A stretch of 63,503 bases of DNA, filler included, from Octopus bimaculoides (Eukaryota): NCBI RefSeq assembly GCF_001194135.2. It is 4 parts of 4 records of this genome, joined end to end, with 100 filler letters (N's around TTAATTAATTAA, not from the genome) between each part and the next. Parts side by side here need not be neighbours in the genome. Positions count along the whole stretch, not along the records: positions 23,941 to 47,565 come from NC_068992.1; 3 more parts are not named here. One strand, 5' to 3'. Under the pieces are notes generated by a model. The model saw nothing but the letters and a program-made list of their open reading frames with translations. It was not told the origin of the DNA and searched no databases. Numbering within the stretch: the first letter of the stretch is position 1; every line of letters begins with the position of its first letter. A program made the translations under genes and the position numbers. Shown piece by piece: positions 25,986 through 40,560 of this stretch.

Positions 25986-27889
25986 ATGGATATATACAGG
26001 CATAGATACTTGCATTCAACCATACATACATTCATTCATACATAGTACCCACATAGGCTTATATATATATATGTACGTGTATATANNNNNNNNNNNNNNN
26101 NNNNNNNNNNNNNNNNNNNNNNNNNNNNNNNNNNNNNNNNNNNNNNNNNNNNNNNNNNNNNNNNNNNNNNNNNNNNNNNNNNNNNNNNNNNNNNNNNNNN
26201 NNNNNNNNNNNNNNNNNNNNNNNNNNNNNNNNNNNNNNNNNNNNNNNNNNNNNNNNNNNNNNNNNNNNNNNNNNNNNNNNNNNNNNNNNNNNNNNNNNNN
26301 NNNNNNNNNNNNNNNNNNNNNNNNNNNNNNNNNNNNNNNNNNNNNNNNNNNNNNNNNNNNNNNNNNNNNNNNNNNNNNNNNNNNNNNNNNNNNNNNNNNN
26401 NNNNNNNNNNNNNNNNNNNNNNNNNNNNNNNNNNNNNNNNNNNNNNNNNNNNNNNNNNNNNNNNNNNNNNNNNNNNNNNNNNNNNNNNNNNNNNNNNNNN
26501 NNNNNNNNNNNNNNNNNNNNNNNNNNNNNNNNNNNNNNNNNNNNNNNNNNNNNNNNNNNNNNNNNNNNNNNNNNNNNNNNNNNNNNNNNNNNNNNNNNNN
26601 NNNNNNNNNNNNNNNNNNNNNNNNNNNNNNNNNNNNNNNNNNNNNNNNNNNNNNNNNNNNNNNNNNNNNNNNNNNNNNNNNNNNNNNNNNNNNNNNNNNN
26701 NNNNNNNNNNNNNNNNNNNNNNNNNNNNNNNNNNNNNNNNNNNNNNNNNNNNNNNNNNNNNNNNNNNNNNNNNNNNNNNNNNNNNNNNNNNNNNNNNNNN
26801 NNNNNNNNNNNNNNNNNNNNNNNNNNNNNNNNNNNNNNNNNNNNNNNNNNNNNNNNNNNNNNNNNNNNNNNNNNNNNNNNNNNNNNNNNNNNNNNNNNNN
26901 NNNNNNNNNNNNNNNNNNNNNNNNNNNNNNNNNNNNNNNNNNNNNNNNNNNNNNNNNNNNNNNNNNNNNNNNNNNNNNNNNNNNNNNNNNNNNNNNNNNN
27001 NNNNNNNNNNNNNNNNNNNNNNNNNNNNNNNNNNNNNNNNNNTATATATTATATATATATATATATATATATTATATATTATATATACACACACAAACAT
27101 ACATACAGATGCACACATATGCGGGTGAATACATGAGTAAGTTGATATACGCAAGCAAATATATGTTTATAAATACTAGGCCAATACCTAACATTTTCTA
27201 ACCTCAGTTTTATAAAAAATTGACATCTGAACTAGAATAATGATGCATTCCTCGAATTTGAACCTCGTTCTAAGAATAAGATTAAGTTATTTTTTCCAAA
27301 CTAGTACAAAGGTCATGTGCAATAATTAGTTTCTTCTCATAGCTTCAACTAAATCTATTGATTGCAGACTTGAATAGAATCAAGATAAGTCAACACACAC
27401 ACGAACACACACACACGAACACACACATACACACACACATACTGTTTTCCTATTATAATTTCTGAAATTTCAAATTAGTTTTCAAACACACCAACCGACC
27501 TAAACCCGCACTTCAAATCTAAATACAGCTTTATATAAACTGTCAAAAATTTTCCCCATCTGAGTGCTATGATTTTAGATGATATAATAACTACACCTAT
27601 TTACTCTGCACAACATTCTCTCTCGTAGAATTTCAGAAGTACTATTTTTATAAAATACTTACATTATAACATATATTTGAGAGGGTTAGCAGACCGAAAC
27701 TTTGAAATCACGATCATCTTTCTGCTAAAATTTTAGTAAACCTGTATTCTACCAACATGTATTGAGCATTTCTGCAGTTTAACGTTCTTTTCATATATAA
27801 CTTGATATAAAAAATAAAACACGCGTGCCTATATGCTTATATGAGTATGCATAAGGGCATGTATTTATATAATATATAGTGCGTACAGG

Positions 27890-28040
27890 TGATATTTGTC
27901 GGGTGCTGGAAATTGCCTTGCTTTAAGATTATTTTGAAAGACCCGGCTGGAGGTCCAACCTTCCGATTTCTTTTACAGGGCTTAGAAAAACTGAAGGACT
28001 GCTGCAGTGTGTGAATCTGAGAGGGGAATATGTTGAATAA
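27890..28040 (+). mobile_element. Mariner-type transposase C-terminal remnant
   Basis: With frameshifts reads KTRLEVQPSDFFY-GLEKLKDCC-CVNLRGEYVE*, matching the mariner end motif (W..Q...FF..GI.KL..RW.KCV...G.YVE*). Confidence 0.7.
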
Positions 28041-28057
28041 GATCATGATAAATTGAT

Positions 28058-28358
28058 ACCGATCGTGAGATTCTGAGTTCGAATTCCGGACCGGGCTGCG
28101 TGTTGTGTTCTTGAGCAAGAGACTTTATTCCACGCTGCTCCAGTTCACTAAGCTTTAGAAATGGGTTGCGACGTCACATGTGCCAAGCGGTATCGGCCCC
28201 TTTGCCTCTCCCTTGGATAACACTGGTGGCGTGGAGAGGGGAGACCGGTATGTATGGGCAACTGCTGGTCTTCCATAAACAATCTTACCCGAACTTGTCC
28301 CTTGGAGGGGAACTTTCTAGGTGCAATCCCATGGTCAGTCATGATCGAATGGGGGTCT
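28058..28358 (+). mobile_element. CORE-like SINE (family C)
   Basis: B-box GAGTTCGAATTCC then GTGTTCTTGAGCAAGAGACTTTATTCCACGCTGCTCCAGTTCAC. Confidence 0.8.
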
Positions 28359-28399
28359 CAACAGTTGTGGTAGTACAGAAGTAGCAGAAGTTTCTTTAG

Positions 28400-28602
28400 T
28401 TCGCGTAAAAATATTACTTGTAGTAGTGGCAGTAGTTACAAGCAGCAGCAGAAGCTGTAGAAAGAGCAGTAGTGGTAGTAATAGTAGTAGCTTCAACTGT
28501 CGCGGCAATAGTAGTAGCAATAGTGGCGGTCGTATTTGTACTAGTAGCAGTAGTGGCAGTAGCATTAGTAGAAACGGCAGTAATAATGGCAGCAGCAGCA
28601 GC

Positions 28603-28637
<35 letters not shown>

Positions 28638-28640
28638 CGA
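28400..28640. repeat. Cryptic (AGT/AGC)n trinucleotide tract
   Basis: Direct reading; gives poly-S, poly-T and poly-L ORFs in several frames. Confidence 0.9.
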
Positions 28641-28767
28641 TATGAGCTGATACTTTAAATGTCGAGACATTCATCTACCGAACATAATATTTACAAGCAG
28701 ATGGGAAATGTGTTGATGAGGTCTCATATACCTGACACTGGACGACCAATATCATAATTTTAAATAT

Positions 28768-28935
28768 TTATCTAGTTGCAGGCGTGGCTGCGTGTGTCTC
28801 TAACCACATGGCTCCAGGTTCAGTCCTACTGAGTGGCACTTTAGACAGTAGTCTTCTACTATAACCTCGGGCCGACCAAAACCTCGTGAATGGGTTTGGT
28901 AAGCGGAAACTGAAAGAATCCCATCGTATATATAT
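28768..28935 (+). mobile_element. Family B SINE 5' part
   Basis: GCAGGCGTGGCTG..CCAGGTTCAGTCC..CTTCTACTATAACCTCGGGCCGACCAAA..GGAAACTGAAAGAATCCCATCGTATAT. Confidence 0.85.
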
Positions 28936-29193
28936 NNNNNNNNNNNNNNNNNNNNNNNNNNNNNNNNNNNNNNNNNNNNNNNNNNNNNNNNNNNNNNNNN
29001 NNNNNNNNNNNNNNNNNNNNNNNNNNNNNNNNNNNNNNNNNNNNNNNNNNNNNNNNNNNNNNNNNNNNNNNNNNNNNNNNNNNNNNNNNNNNNNNNNNNN
29101 NNNNNAGTCTTCTTCTATGATATGGTATTACACAGTCAAGTGAAAACAAATCATCTGCTGGCCCATCGAATGACACTTCAAACATACCACTCT

Positions 29194-29445
<252 letters not shown>

Positions 29446-29937
29446 TGCCTACAAACAGCAAAGACATGTTAAGAGCAAACTCCAGAAGGAGTCACCGAAA
29501 ATGAGAATTGCAAAATGCTGTGGGATGCAATGATTCAGTGCGATCCCCGTCGATGTTGTCGTGAATAAAAAAAGATAGAACATGTATGATAATCGACATT
29601 GCATTCTCCGGTGACAACGTGATCAATGTGAAAGAAGAAAAATTAAGCAACTCTAATGATTTTAAGTGGGAAATACGAAGGTTGTGGTCAATGAAGCGAG
29701 TAGACGCGATACCGATAGTAACTGGTGCATTTGAAAATATCAACACATATCTACCAGCATGACTGAAAAAGATCTGTGCAAGTGTGGAGGTAGAGCAAGT
29801 ACAAAAGTCAGCATTGCTTGGAACAGTAAGAATTCTTCGCAGGGTTCTTGAAGCATGGCCATTAAACAAGTGTCACCTTAGTCTGCTGGCTGTGGACCGA
29901 CCCATCAGACCCAACAAAATAAGCTGTGACTTTTCAT

Positions 29938-29940
<3 letters not shown>
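29446..29940 (+). mobile_element. R4/Dong-like non-LTR retrotransposon 3' end (restriction-like endonuclease domain), decayed
   Basis: EQTPEGVTENENCKMLWDAMIQCD..DVVVNKKDRTCMIIDIA..WEIRRLWSMKRVDAIPIVTGA..EQVQKSALLGTVRILRRVL, then (AAT)n tail. Confidence 0.85.
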
Positions 29941-30101
<161 letters not shown>

Positions 30102-31529
30102 TGAATACGAATCGCCGTAATATTAGTACATTCAAATGATGATGATCATTTTGATGATAATGAAGATGAGGATAAGGACAAGAAAGTTGATAATGCGGTT
30201 GCCACTGACAATAACGATGATGTATTAACTAATAAACAGAATTAATTATTTCTAGTGACCAATGAATTCAATTAAATTTGGCAAATATCTTGGGATGCTC
30301 TTCAACAATAAACTAGCTTAATTTCTCCCCCACACACCTTTTAGACACAAAATCAATTTGACTTCCACGGTGACAGTTATATCACAAACTATTTTTTTTT
30401 TTATTTCAAATCATTTCAATTTCTAATTTGGGAATATTAAATTTATAATGTTATTACACATTTTAGATTTTAATAATTGCATTCAGACTCCAGATATTTT
30501 GACAACTTTGTTGCTTTATCAATTCTTTTAGAACGCTTCTGAATTTTAATTCTCATATACAATTTTTGTTACTATCTTGAAATGCTTTCAACTGTTAGAT
30601 AATAGTAACTCTTGCCATTCTGTTGGAGTCTAACTTGTGATAACAACATTACAGTGACCGGGAAATATTACGCAACAGTTTTTCGCTGTATCAGTGTTGA
30701 AACTGCAAACAAAACAACTGATTCGGTTACTATTTTATTATGATTTTAGTTTCTCGGTATAGAAAGGGTGTAGTGCTACTGACCTTCGGAGGCCTTCGTA
30801 GAGCAGTGAGATTTATGTAATCGCTACACTTTTATTCTTTTACTTATTTCTGCTCCAGAGGTACGTACATACTGGAGCACCACCATTAGAAATATGTCAG
30901 TAGTAAGTGAACCCCTGCGAGATAGACATGGGTTATGTCAATATTATGAATAACCGACCTAGGGTAAAAAACTACCTGAAGTGTTTAATAAGTAATGTAG
31001 CAAGTCGAACATATAAAGAGCGATACGAGGTAAGACGAAAGGAGCGGAAATACTCAAGTATTTGGCATGAGTCTAGCCTGTTTCTGAAAATCAGTGACCA
31101 TTATCGTAACTGTAGGAAGAGCAGAAATAAAGACAATATGATTTACGACTGTGGGCCATAGAATGGACGGTGTCCGTGAGTAAATCAATGCCGGTTAATC
31201 GAGCAAACCTCTCTTGGCTGCAGCCTCGTTTAATGATAGCAGCACGGCTGAAAGTGAATGTGTTCACATCACCGGTACCATATCGATGTTTATTGATACC
31301 GGTATAATCAACGTTATAAATTATATTAATTTATTACTTTAGCTTACTGAGTCACACATATTAATAGTAGTAAAATTAACATTAGTAAGCCAGATACTTC
31401 AATGCAAAATATTGTATCTATTCTGAAGTCAGTAAGAACCGAAAAGTTAGAAACCGGCGGATTTTCGCATTTCCGAGAGTAGATCTGATCACATCCCTCT
31501 TATACCCGAATGTCCTTGTAGAACAAACT

Positions 31530-31760
31530 ATACTTATTTCTTTACTGCTCACAAGGGGCTACACACAGAAGGGACAAACAAGGACATACAAAGGGATTAA
31601 GTCGATTACATCGACCCCAGTGTGTAACTAGTACTTAATTTATCGTCCCGAAAGGATGAAAGGCAAAGTTGACCTCGGCGGAATTTAAACTCAGAACGTA
31701 ACGCTAGACGAAATACCGCTAAGCTTTTCGCCCGGCTAACGATTCTGCCAGTTCGCTACC
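31530..31760 (-). mobile_element. Family A SINE head and body with a different 3' tail
   Basis: GAAAGGATGAAAGGCAAAGTTGACCTCGGCGGAATTTAAACTCAGAACGTA..AATACCGCTAAGC; tail CTCACAAGGGGCTACACACAGAAGGGACAAAC is absent from the other copies. Confidence 0.85.
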
Positions 31761-32128
31761 TTAGAACGAACTATACTACGGTAGACATCACGAGAGAAAT
31801 TCTCATAGTAACTACGCAGTGTAGTCAGTTCTCGCAGAACATACACGTAGAAGTGTGAATAAATATTAGCATTGCATTTAATGGATACCAATCATCAACA
31901 GTTGAGAATATGAATTAGATAACCTGTGTATATAATTCTTACCATGTCCGTTGCTTACATTAAGATTTTCCTCAATAAAATGAAAGTTCATATTTGTGAA
32001 GTTTATGTTGAATAACATGTACTGCAAATCTAAGGGCCACTTACATCCGCTGTTTACATGGATATGCAAACACACATTGTTGCTCCCATACGGCTATGGG
32101 TGATGAAAGCAAAGCAATATGATATATA

Positions 32129-32159
<31 letters not shown>

Positions 32160-32619
32160 NNNNNNNNNNNNNNNNNNNNNNNNNNNNNNNNNNNNNNNNN
32201 NNNNNNNNNNNNNNNNNNNNNNNNNNNNNNNNNNNNNNNNNNNNNNNNNNNNNNNNNNNNNNNNNNNNNNTATGGATATATATATATATATATATATATA
32301 CATATGCATATATGTATATATATTTATAAATATAAAGAGAGAGAGAGGGACAGAGAGAGAGAGAGAGACAAAGAGAGAAAGAGAAAGTGAGAGAGATGCA
32401 AATAACACTTACCTCCATTTAATGATAATAATGTGTATCAAAATATGGAATATTTGTGGGATGTGGTAAATAATTGTTTTCAAAACCTTGGGAAAAGTTT
32501 GAGAAGGAGGCTATTAAGGAGACAAAAATAGTGAACGAGATATATTTAGAGAGTGAGTGATAGAGAAGACGAGAAAGAAAAGGAAGAAAAATAATAAGAA
32601 GAAGAAATAGAAGAAGAAC

Positions 32620-32722
32620 AACAACAAAAAGAAGAAGAACTAGAAGAAGAAGAAGAAGAAGAAGAAGAAGAAGAAGAAGAAGAAGAAGAAGAAGAAGAAG
32701 AAGAAGAAGAAGAAGAAGAAGA
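32620..32722. repeat. (GAA)n microsatellite
   Basis: Direct reading. Confidence 0.95.
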
Positions 32723-33364
32723 AAACTGAGTGAGCTTGTATTGTGTTGAAATCTATATTTACAGATTTGAAAAATCGATACTGCTGTTGATTCAAGATGA
32801 CAACATTGGGCAATATTAAATTTTAAGAATAACTAGTTACATTCTTACAGAGAAACAAAAACACATACACACAAATGCGCACACACTTACACAAACTCAC
32901 AGACAAACTTTTATATATAAACACACACACATACGCACACATACACACAAGCATGTGCATCCACACAAACATACGCGCGCGCTCACACACACACACACAC
33001 ACACACACATACATACTCGTAGCAAACAAACAAAATGGACACAAAAGCCTACACACACAGTTATATATTTATTGTTTTGAAGACTTGTTCAAATGAGCTT
33101 TCTTATCGTTGCAGAAGATAATGGATTTCTAGATCCGTACTGTTCAGAAAATCAAATAAAAAATTTTTTTTCGAATTTATTCTCATAAACCGAGGCTTCC
33201 AGACAATTTCAAATTCTACCCCTTGTGCGTACAGACGTAAAAAAATACTGTAATATAAATTCATTTTCTTGCTTGTGTCCGTATATGCTCAATAGGGTGA
33301 CGCTGAAATAGTAGATCAGAACAGAGAAAGAACGTGAAAGTAATGTGAAAAATATTTGATAATG

Positions 33365-33565
33365 GTTTCAAATTTTGGCATAAGACCAGCGGCTTTAGGG
33401 AAGGGCGTAAGCCGATTGTAGCGAACCTAGTGGTCCATTAGTGGTCATCCGCGAAAGGATGAAAGAGAATGTTCATCCTGGTGGAATTTCAGTTCAGAAC
33501 GTAAGGATGGACGAAATGCCGCTAAACATATTGCATAGCGGGCTAAAAATTCTATCAGCTCGCAG
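33365..33565 (-). mobile_element. Family A SINE
   Basis: TTCAAATTTTGGCATAAGACCAGC tail; GAAAGGATGAAAG..GGAATTTCAGTTCAGAACGTA core. Confidence 0.8.
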
Positions 33566-34339
33566 CCTTAAGATGAATCATATATATAGAAGGAATGAGT
33601 ATTACGAAGACAAGAACAAGTACAAGGAAAAGTAAAAAAATTATATCATAAATATATACATAAATATATATATCTATTATATAAATTGGTCGTGGGCGAT
33701 CGTTGTATTCTTTCTTATCTTGTGGTTCACAGCCCATCGGTTGGGTAGATTCGCGTGAAAATTGGCACATAGGTGGAGAGGGTCCACAGATTGTGCTGCT
33801 GTTTGTATTTTTCCTAGCCCACATGTTTTCAGACAAAATTGATTAAAACCTTTCTAAAGGAATTCCCATATTTGTTCCACCATTAAAACAACCAGTTGCT
33901 CACACAACTGGCATATACCATATCGCTAGCAACAAGGGAAGTATAGGATGACAGTTTGCCAAAACTTTCGCTATGCTATATCTCTTCTTTCACCTCTTTG
34001 TGGGGTCAATAATCTTAATCGTTAGTTACAGTTTCTCATTCAAACTACACAATAGGATGAAGACAGCAGGGTGTTTTGAGGGAGATTTGGATGCTATTTC
34101 TACCATGTATAGCTACCATGTAGAGGTCTGAAATTAATTTTCATTCACATATTTGCATTTCAAAAATTTAACATAATCTTTTCCATAAATCAACTATCGT
34201 AAACATTTTATACGATGACCTCACATATTCTAGTATGTGTGTGTACGTTAAAAGACGTCAATCATCACAACACACACCTTCACCCACTCACTCTATCTCT
34301 CATTCTCACCCTCTTTCTCTCTCACATACACACGCGCAA

Positions 34340-34377
<38 letters not shown>

Positions 34378-34678
34378 GCACATACACACTCTCACGTCCA
34401 TTTTATACATCTTTCTCTTTTCTGCTCTCTGCAAATAAAATTTTTTTACGGATACAACTACTTACAAAAATAGGGATTAATGTATAATTTGTTTCTATAT
34501 TCATTATTAAATCAATGTTTTAATGATTAGACAGATGTGCAATAGAATAACTCTCAGAAACAGTGTACGTACACATTCATTGTTCACAACTCCTGAAGCT
34601 GTTTTGTGACAAGGGGTGGGGAATCAGGAAATGTTCATACAGCTCGAGGCTCCAATCGAAACAGGGGACCCGAAATGA

Positions 34679-34696
34679 TAAGGTTGAGAAACGCTG
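34679..34696 (-). mobile_element. hAT (Charlie-like) terminal inverted repeat, single end
   Basis: Reverse complement CAGCGTTTCTCAACCTTA resembles CAGTGGTTCTCAACCT-type hAT termini; partner end not found. Confidence 0.4.
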
Positions 34697-35409
34697 TTGT
34701 AGATTATGACTAACCGAAAACGATCACAGCCACATCATCCAAACAGATCGGGTGAAACTGGGCTTAGCTGCTAGTCTACATATATATATATATATATATA
34801 TATATACTCGTATATATATATATACTCGTATATATCATGTGTTGTCGATAAACATATTCCTTTGATAATTTTAGTTCTATGTGCTTGCCTGGAGATTAAC
34901 ATTTCGACAAGTTGTCACTCGACTTTTGCATGTTAATATAGTTCCACACTATACATTTTTTCAGAATCTTTGTAGCAGAAAGAAAGGTACCGCATCCGAC
35001 TTGGCACTAGATATTGGCCCGAGAAGAGGGGCAGGACGTTATAAAAGCAAACACGAGAAAATAGATAAACTAGTGGCGGGGTGGGGGAGAGAAAACGTGT
35101 TATTCTCTATGTAGAGAAACATAAAGTTTGCGAACCTCAGAAGGAGCTAAGTTTCAATGTGTGTACAGCTAAAATCATATATTATGAAAAGTGCTGGACA
35201 AAATGCCGGGCAGATATACGCAGATGAGACAAACAAGGGACACCATGTCGGTGGAGCTCACGTCGACAAGATACCATAGTAGAAATACCCAGTTAGGGTG
35301 GATATATCTAAATATGGTCAGCACATTCTGTATAAAAAGCACACACCCACATACACACTCACACACACACACACACCCACACACACACACACACACGTAA
35401 GTGTGTGCA

Positions 35410-35630
35410 TCTTTTAACTTTTATCTGTTATCTCTTCTTTGTTTCAGTCATTTTTGATGGCGACCATACTGGGGCGCAATTTGAAGGGTTTTAGTCGAAC
35501 AGATCGACCCGAAGATTTATTTTTTGAAGCCTGATATTATTCCATCGGATATTTTCGGCGAACCGCTAGATTACAAGCACGTAAAGACACCAACACCAAT
35601 TGCCGAGAGGTAGTGGTGGCCAAACACACA
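35410..35630 (-). mobile_element. Family B SINE 3' body
   Basis: TGTTTCAGTCATTT..GGCGACCATACTGGGGCGC..TTAGTCGAACAGATCGACCC. Confidence 0.8.
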
Positions 35631-36476
35631 CACACAAAACACGCACATATGTATAAATATATATACACACACACACATATATACATACATACATACAAAC
35701 ATATANNNNNNNNNNNNNNNNNNNNNNNNNNNNNNNNNNNNNNNNNNNNNNNNNNNNNNNNNNNNNNNNNNNNNNNNNNNNNNNNNNNNNNNNNNNNNNN
35801 NNNNNNNNNNNNNNNNNNNNNNNNNNNNNNNNNNNNNNNNNNNNNNNNNNNNNNNNNNGCATATGTGTGTGTGTCTGTGTGTATGTATGAGTGTGTGTTT
35901 GTGCATGTGTGTGTGTGCGAGCGATATAGAAAGTACGTAGAAGTGCTGTTATCTACAAAAGAATATTTAAACTGAATGGCGAGAAACCTAGGACTAGTTG
36001 CCTGTACGGAAATATATAGTTAAGTAGAAGATAGCCTCCAGGCGAATTGGAAACTCGTATGTAAAGAATGAAAGATAACCTACTCATATATAACTTGAGT
36101 GAGGGAGGTGAGTTGTAGCTATGTAATATTAACAAAGAAAGGTATGTATTAACATAAAGAAATAGAAGAGAAAACGAGACGGAAAATATCTTACTATATA
36201 CAAAACAGATAAATAATATAGGTATTGGAAATAAACGAGATGATTTATGGATGCGTATGAAATATTTTACAAAGGAATGGGGGAATTAAGTAATTCAGCG
36301 AGCGCAGTAGTTAGCGGTCATGTATTTCTACACAAAGTGCGGATGGTCAAATAAATTCGTATATATATGTATATGATTGATATGAATGTATGTGAATGTA
36401 AATCTCTATATTTATCTCTTTATCTGTATGTTTGTTTACTTAGGGGCATATCTGTCTATCTATCTATATGTATATG

Positions 36477-36720
<244 letters not shown>

Positions 36721-37325
36721 CGTGAGTATATAGACACGCGCAGAGACGGGGGAAAAGAAATAAGAGTAATATATAAGTATCCTTGCGCATGTGAAGTGCT
36801 GTAAAATCACATAGAGCATCTGAATGAGGAAGTATCTGAAGTCGTCAGGAAAACGAATCAAAACCTTGTACGAACATAGAATATATACAGCAAAACTCTC
36901 AATAGCTTTTCATGCCATATCATTGAGCTTCTCATTATTAGTTTCTCGTTGAAAAAGTTTGTCACTTCAATTACTTTTGAATTTCAAATATTTGCCACTA
37001 GAATCGCACATCTGATAATATGCACACACAAGCATACGTACGTATACGTACAACCATATAGAAATTGTAATACACGCACACAAACACAAACACACAGTTA
37101 CGCACACATACGCTCACGCACTCACACATATACCCGTATTCAAAGAGAAACAATAACACGAAAATGTGTATACAGTTATTTTTATGTAAGGTCATTGTTC
37201 TTGACAAAACAAATATATATTTCCGTTCATATTAAATTCAAAAGCGCATGTTTGTATGTTTCCTTCATACAACACGCAAATGCATACATATATACACACA
37301 TACATACATACATACACATATACAC

Positions 37326-37372
<47 letters not shown>

Positions 37373-37417
37373 NNNNNNNNNNNNNNNNNNNNNNNNNNNN
37401 NNNNNNNNNNNNNNNNN

Positions 37418-37499
<82 letters not shown>

Positions 37500-38289
37500 T
37501 TGTATATATGCATATACTGAAAATATACATGCTCTCTGCTTCACGCACGCGCGCATATGTACACAAATATATACACAGTTAAATATATTTGCATACATAA
37601 TATAATACATACATTCATATAAATTTCCATGCGCAAATTTCGATTTTTCAAAATAATTTTTGTTAGAAATGGAATGAAAAAAAAGATGTTTTATATTTAT
37701 TGCTGATTTAGAAAAAAAGATTCCTTTTTCTTCTCTCTTATGTTATATATCGGTGAGAAATATTTTAGAAATTCATTTGGGGGTGTAGGAAATGAAATTA
37801 AACCTTTTATATAAAGAAATATTGCATAGCTTTTCTAGAATTATATTCATATCTTTAGAATATTTTACTACACGGAAATTGCAATATGTATTTCAAAATG
37901 ACTTTGAAAGAATGTAGAAACAAACATATTTCCTATTAAGAATAGTTTGCTTTGAGAATTAAATAATATTTTGCATAGAAATATTATAAGATGTTGCCTG
38001 CCAACAAAAGGCAGAGTTGAGAAGAATAACATGTTTCATTTATTTGTAAGTTTCAGTAAACTTTAATCTAGATACATCTAAGTAATAACATAAATCTACA
38101 CACGAATATTTCATACACACGCTCATGTATACAGACACAGCCTTCAAAATGAAATAACTACATACATGTATCCTACTGTCTCTCGTATGGCCTCTATGTG
38201 TGCATTTACGTGCATGTATATACTGCAGTTCGTGTATAGATTCATATGCAAACTTGATTTTTATGTATGTCTATTTTCATTCCCTTCTA

Positions 38290-39284
38290 AGCTCTGATAA
38301 TGTTGTTAGATTCGGTGCTTTGCTGCTGTCCTTTTTATTTTTTGCCTTTTCCTAGGACAGCGCAGCACATGGCTACAAGTAATGTTCCCATGATTATTTG
38401 AATAGGTTTCAGAAATGGAATGTTGAAGTAAAAGCCCAATAATTTAATGCACCTGCAGGATTTGCTGCAAAATTTCTACCGCCATCTTTATGGTTTAGCA
38501 AGACACTATTGTTGTTGAATGCTTGTAGGAAAGTGTAATTTATTGCAAGCAACGATAATAAATCTAGTCCGCCCGACAAAGGAATGTTCAATTTAATCAC
38601 GTTCTGTTTAGTGCCCGCGTTAGTTATAGGGAATAATTGGAATACGTTCTCGAGCAAATACGGGAATTAGATAGTCTTTTTTGTAACGTCTATTATGAAT
38701 GTGAAGAAAAGACCAAGACATTTTGTAGCTAAAATTTTAGGGAATGCTGCAGACACATAGAACCATATATAACCCGCAAATGTGTAAGAAAATTGGGACT
38801 GCCAAAATGTAAGATACACTGGTGAGATTTAAGTAACGCGATAGAATATACTTGTAATGGTCTTGTGGTGAAAAATGTGTACGAGCAGAATTGATAAGAT
38901 GGGATAGAATAAAGGAAGCACTCCCTTAGAAAGTAAAATGACAAGAGTGTAATTCACATTTTATGTCACTTTACCAATAAGCGTTTCAGTCAATCAATAT
39001 AGAAGCAGAAGTGCTGGAAAAGCTGGGGAAGTATTTGATGTGTGTGTGAGAATTACTAGTTATGTGTGAAATGTTTTGAGAGTTATAAGAGCTGACATCA
39101 TTTAGAGGCCTGCTAATTTCAAATAACACGCAAATTGTGTGAACGCGTGATAAGAATGGCGAATAGGATATGAATAATGCAGTGGCATGAGTCTTTCCTT
39201 GTTGGGGTTGTAGTTGGTTAAAAAACGAATTGAAGGTGAAGTGAAATAATCTATGTTGAACTCCGAAATAAGCAAAATTAACAC
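38290..39284 (-). pseudogene. Putative decayed intronless gene for a type I membrane-like protein
   Basis: One minus frame from 39284 to 38409 has six internal stops in ~290 codons (hand count); after a frameshift, IQIIMGTLLVAMCCAVL-GKGKK resembles a TM helix plus stop-transfer signal. Confidence 0.35.
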
Positions 39285-39493
39285 CTAATCAATAATGGAA
39301 ACAGAATTATTTAGTGATATACAAAGTGCTGAAGAAACTAGAGGAATCAAAAATGTTTTCATATTTCATCGAAATCTCTTTAGATGGTGTAATATATGTA
39401 ACAATGACATTTAAGTGTGTTAAAATTACGACGAACCAAATATGCAAAGCTAGTTCGATTTCTCTTTGATAATATCCGTCACACACTCACATT

Positions 39494-39527
<34 letters not shown>

Positions 39528-39884
39528 NNNNNNNNNNNNNNNNNNNNNNNNNNNNNNNNNNNNNNNNNNNNNNNNNNNNNNNNNNNNNNNNNNNNNNNNN
39601 NNNNNNNNNNNNNNNNNNNNNNNNNNNNNNNNNNNNNNNNNNNNNNNNNNNNNNNNNNNNNNNNNNNNNNNNNNNNNNNNNNNNNNNNNNNNNNNNNNNN
39701 NNNNNNNNNNNNNNNNNNNNNNNNNNNNNNNNNNNNNNNNNNNNNNNNNNNNNNNNNNNNNNNNNNNNNNNNNNNNNNNNNNNNNNNNNNNNNNNNNNNN
39801 NNNNNNNNNNNNNNNNNNNNNNNNNNNNNNNNNNNNNNNNNNNNNNNNNNNNNNNNNNNNNNNNNNNNNNNNNNNNNNNNNNNN

Positions 39885-39915
<31 letters not shown>

Positions 39916-40099
39916 ATATGTACGTATGTATGTATACATATTTACAAATATACACGAGGCAAGTGTTAATAGAGGACACTTCATTACCTGATTATCGCTC
40001 TCCCAAGCCAAATAATATTTTTCTTTTTTGACATCTCCGGATAAAACGTTAACACAAGAATGGAAAAGACATGCAGATACATTTGCTATAAGTATGCGA

Positions 40100-40560
40100 A
40101 CTCATGACATTTTTCCTAAGTTCCTAGGGCATTTGTTATATCTAAGATGTCTTCCGACAATTTTATAGTTATCAACATCCCATCTGGAGCCCGTGTGATT
40201 GCAGACACTAAAATCCGGCGGCTTTCCGGGCAGTGCTGCTTCTAATCCACTCTTCATCTGCTGAAGTGTTGTAAGTGGGTTGGCATCAATAATCACCTGA
40301 GGCTTGGCTCACATTTCCTCATCAACCTGAACGTAGGGGATACCTCCTCTGGGCAAATTGGGACGCCTACTAGACCGTATGTAGGTCGCTACTATAGATC
40401 AGGCAGTACGCTTTTTAATGGCATGTTTGTCTGCCAGTTTCAGATGATCGGTTTGATACTCCTCGAAGGTATCAACCAGTCTTGCCCTATCTTCGTCCGA
40501 TATACTCATGTACCTTACGCTTGGGTCCATAATTACAGGTTTGTGCAAGAGAATGGGATA
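40100..40560 (-). mobile_element. IS630/Tc1-like transposase N-terminal (HTH) remnant
   Basis: MSISDEDRARLVDTFEE..LADKHAIKKRTA*SIVATYIRSSRRPNLPRGG..QVDEEM*..IIDANPLTTLQQMK, the paired HTH pattern of Tc1/IS630 transposases. Confidence 0.65.

Noticed and set aside
28335-28674. Poly-Leu, poly-Thr and poly-Ser ORFs suggesting a mucin or signal peptide
   Set aside because: Translation of an AGT/AGC trinucleotide tract, open in several frames
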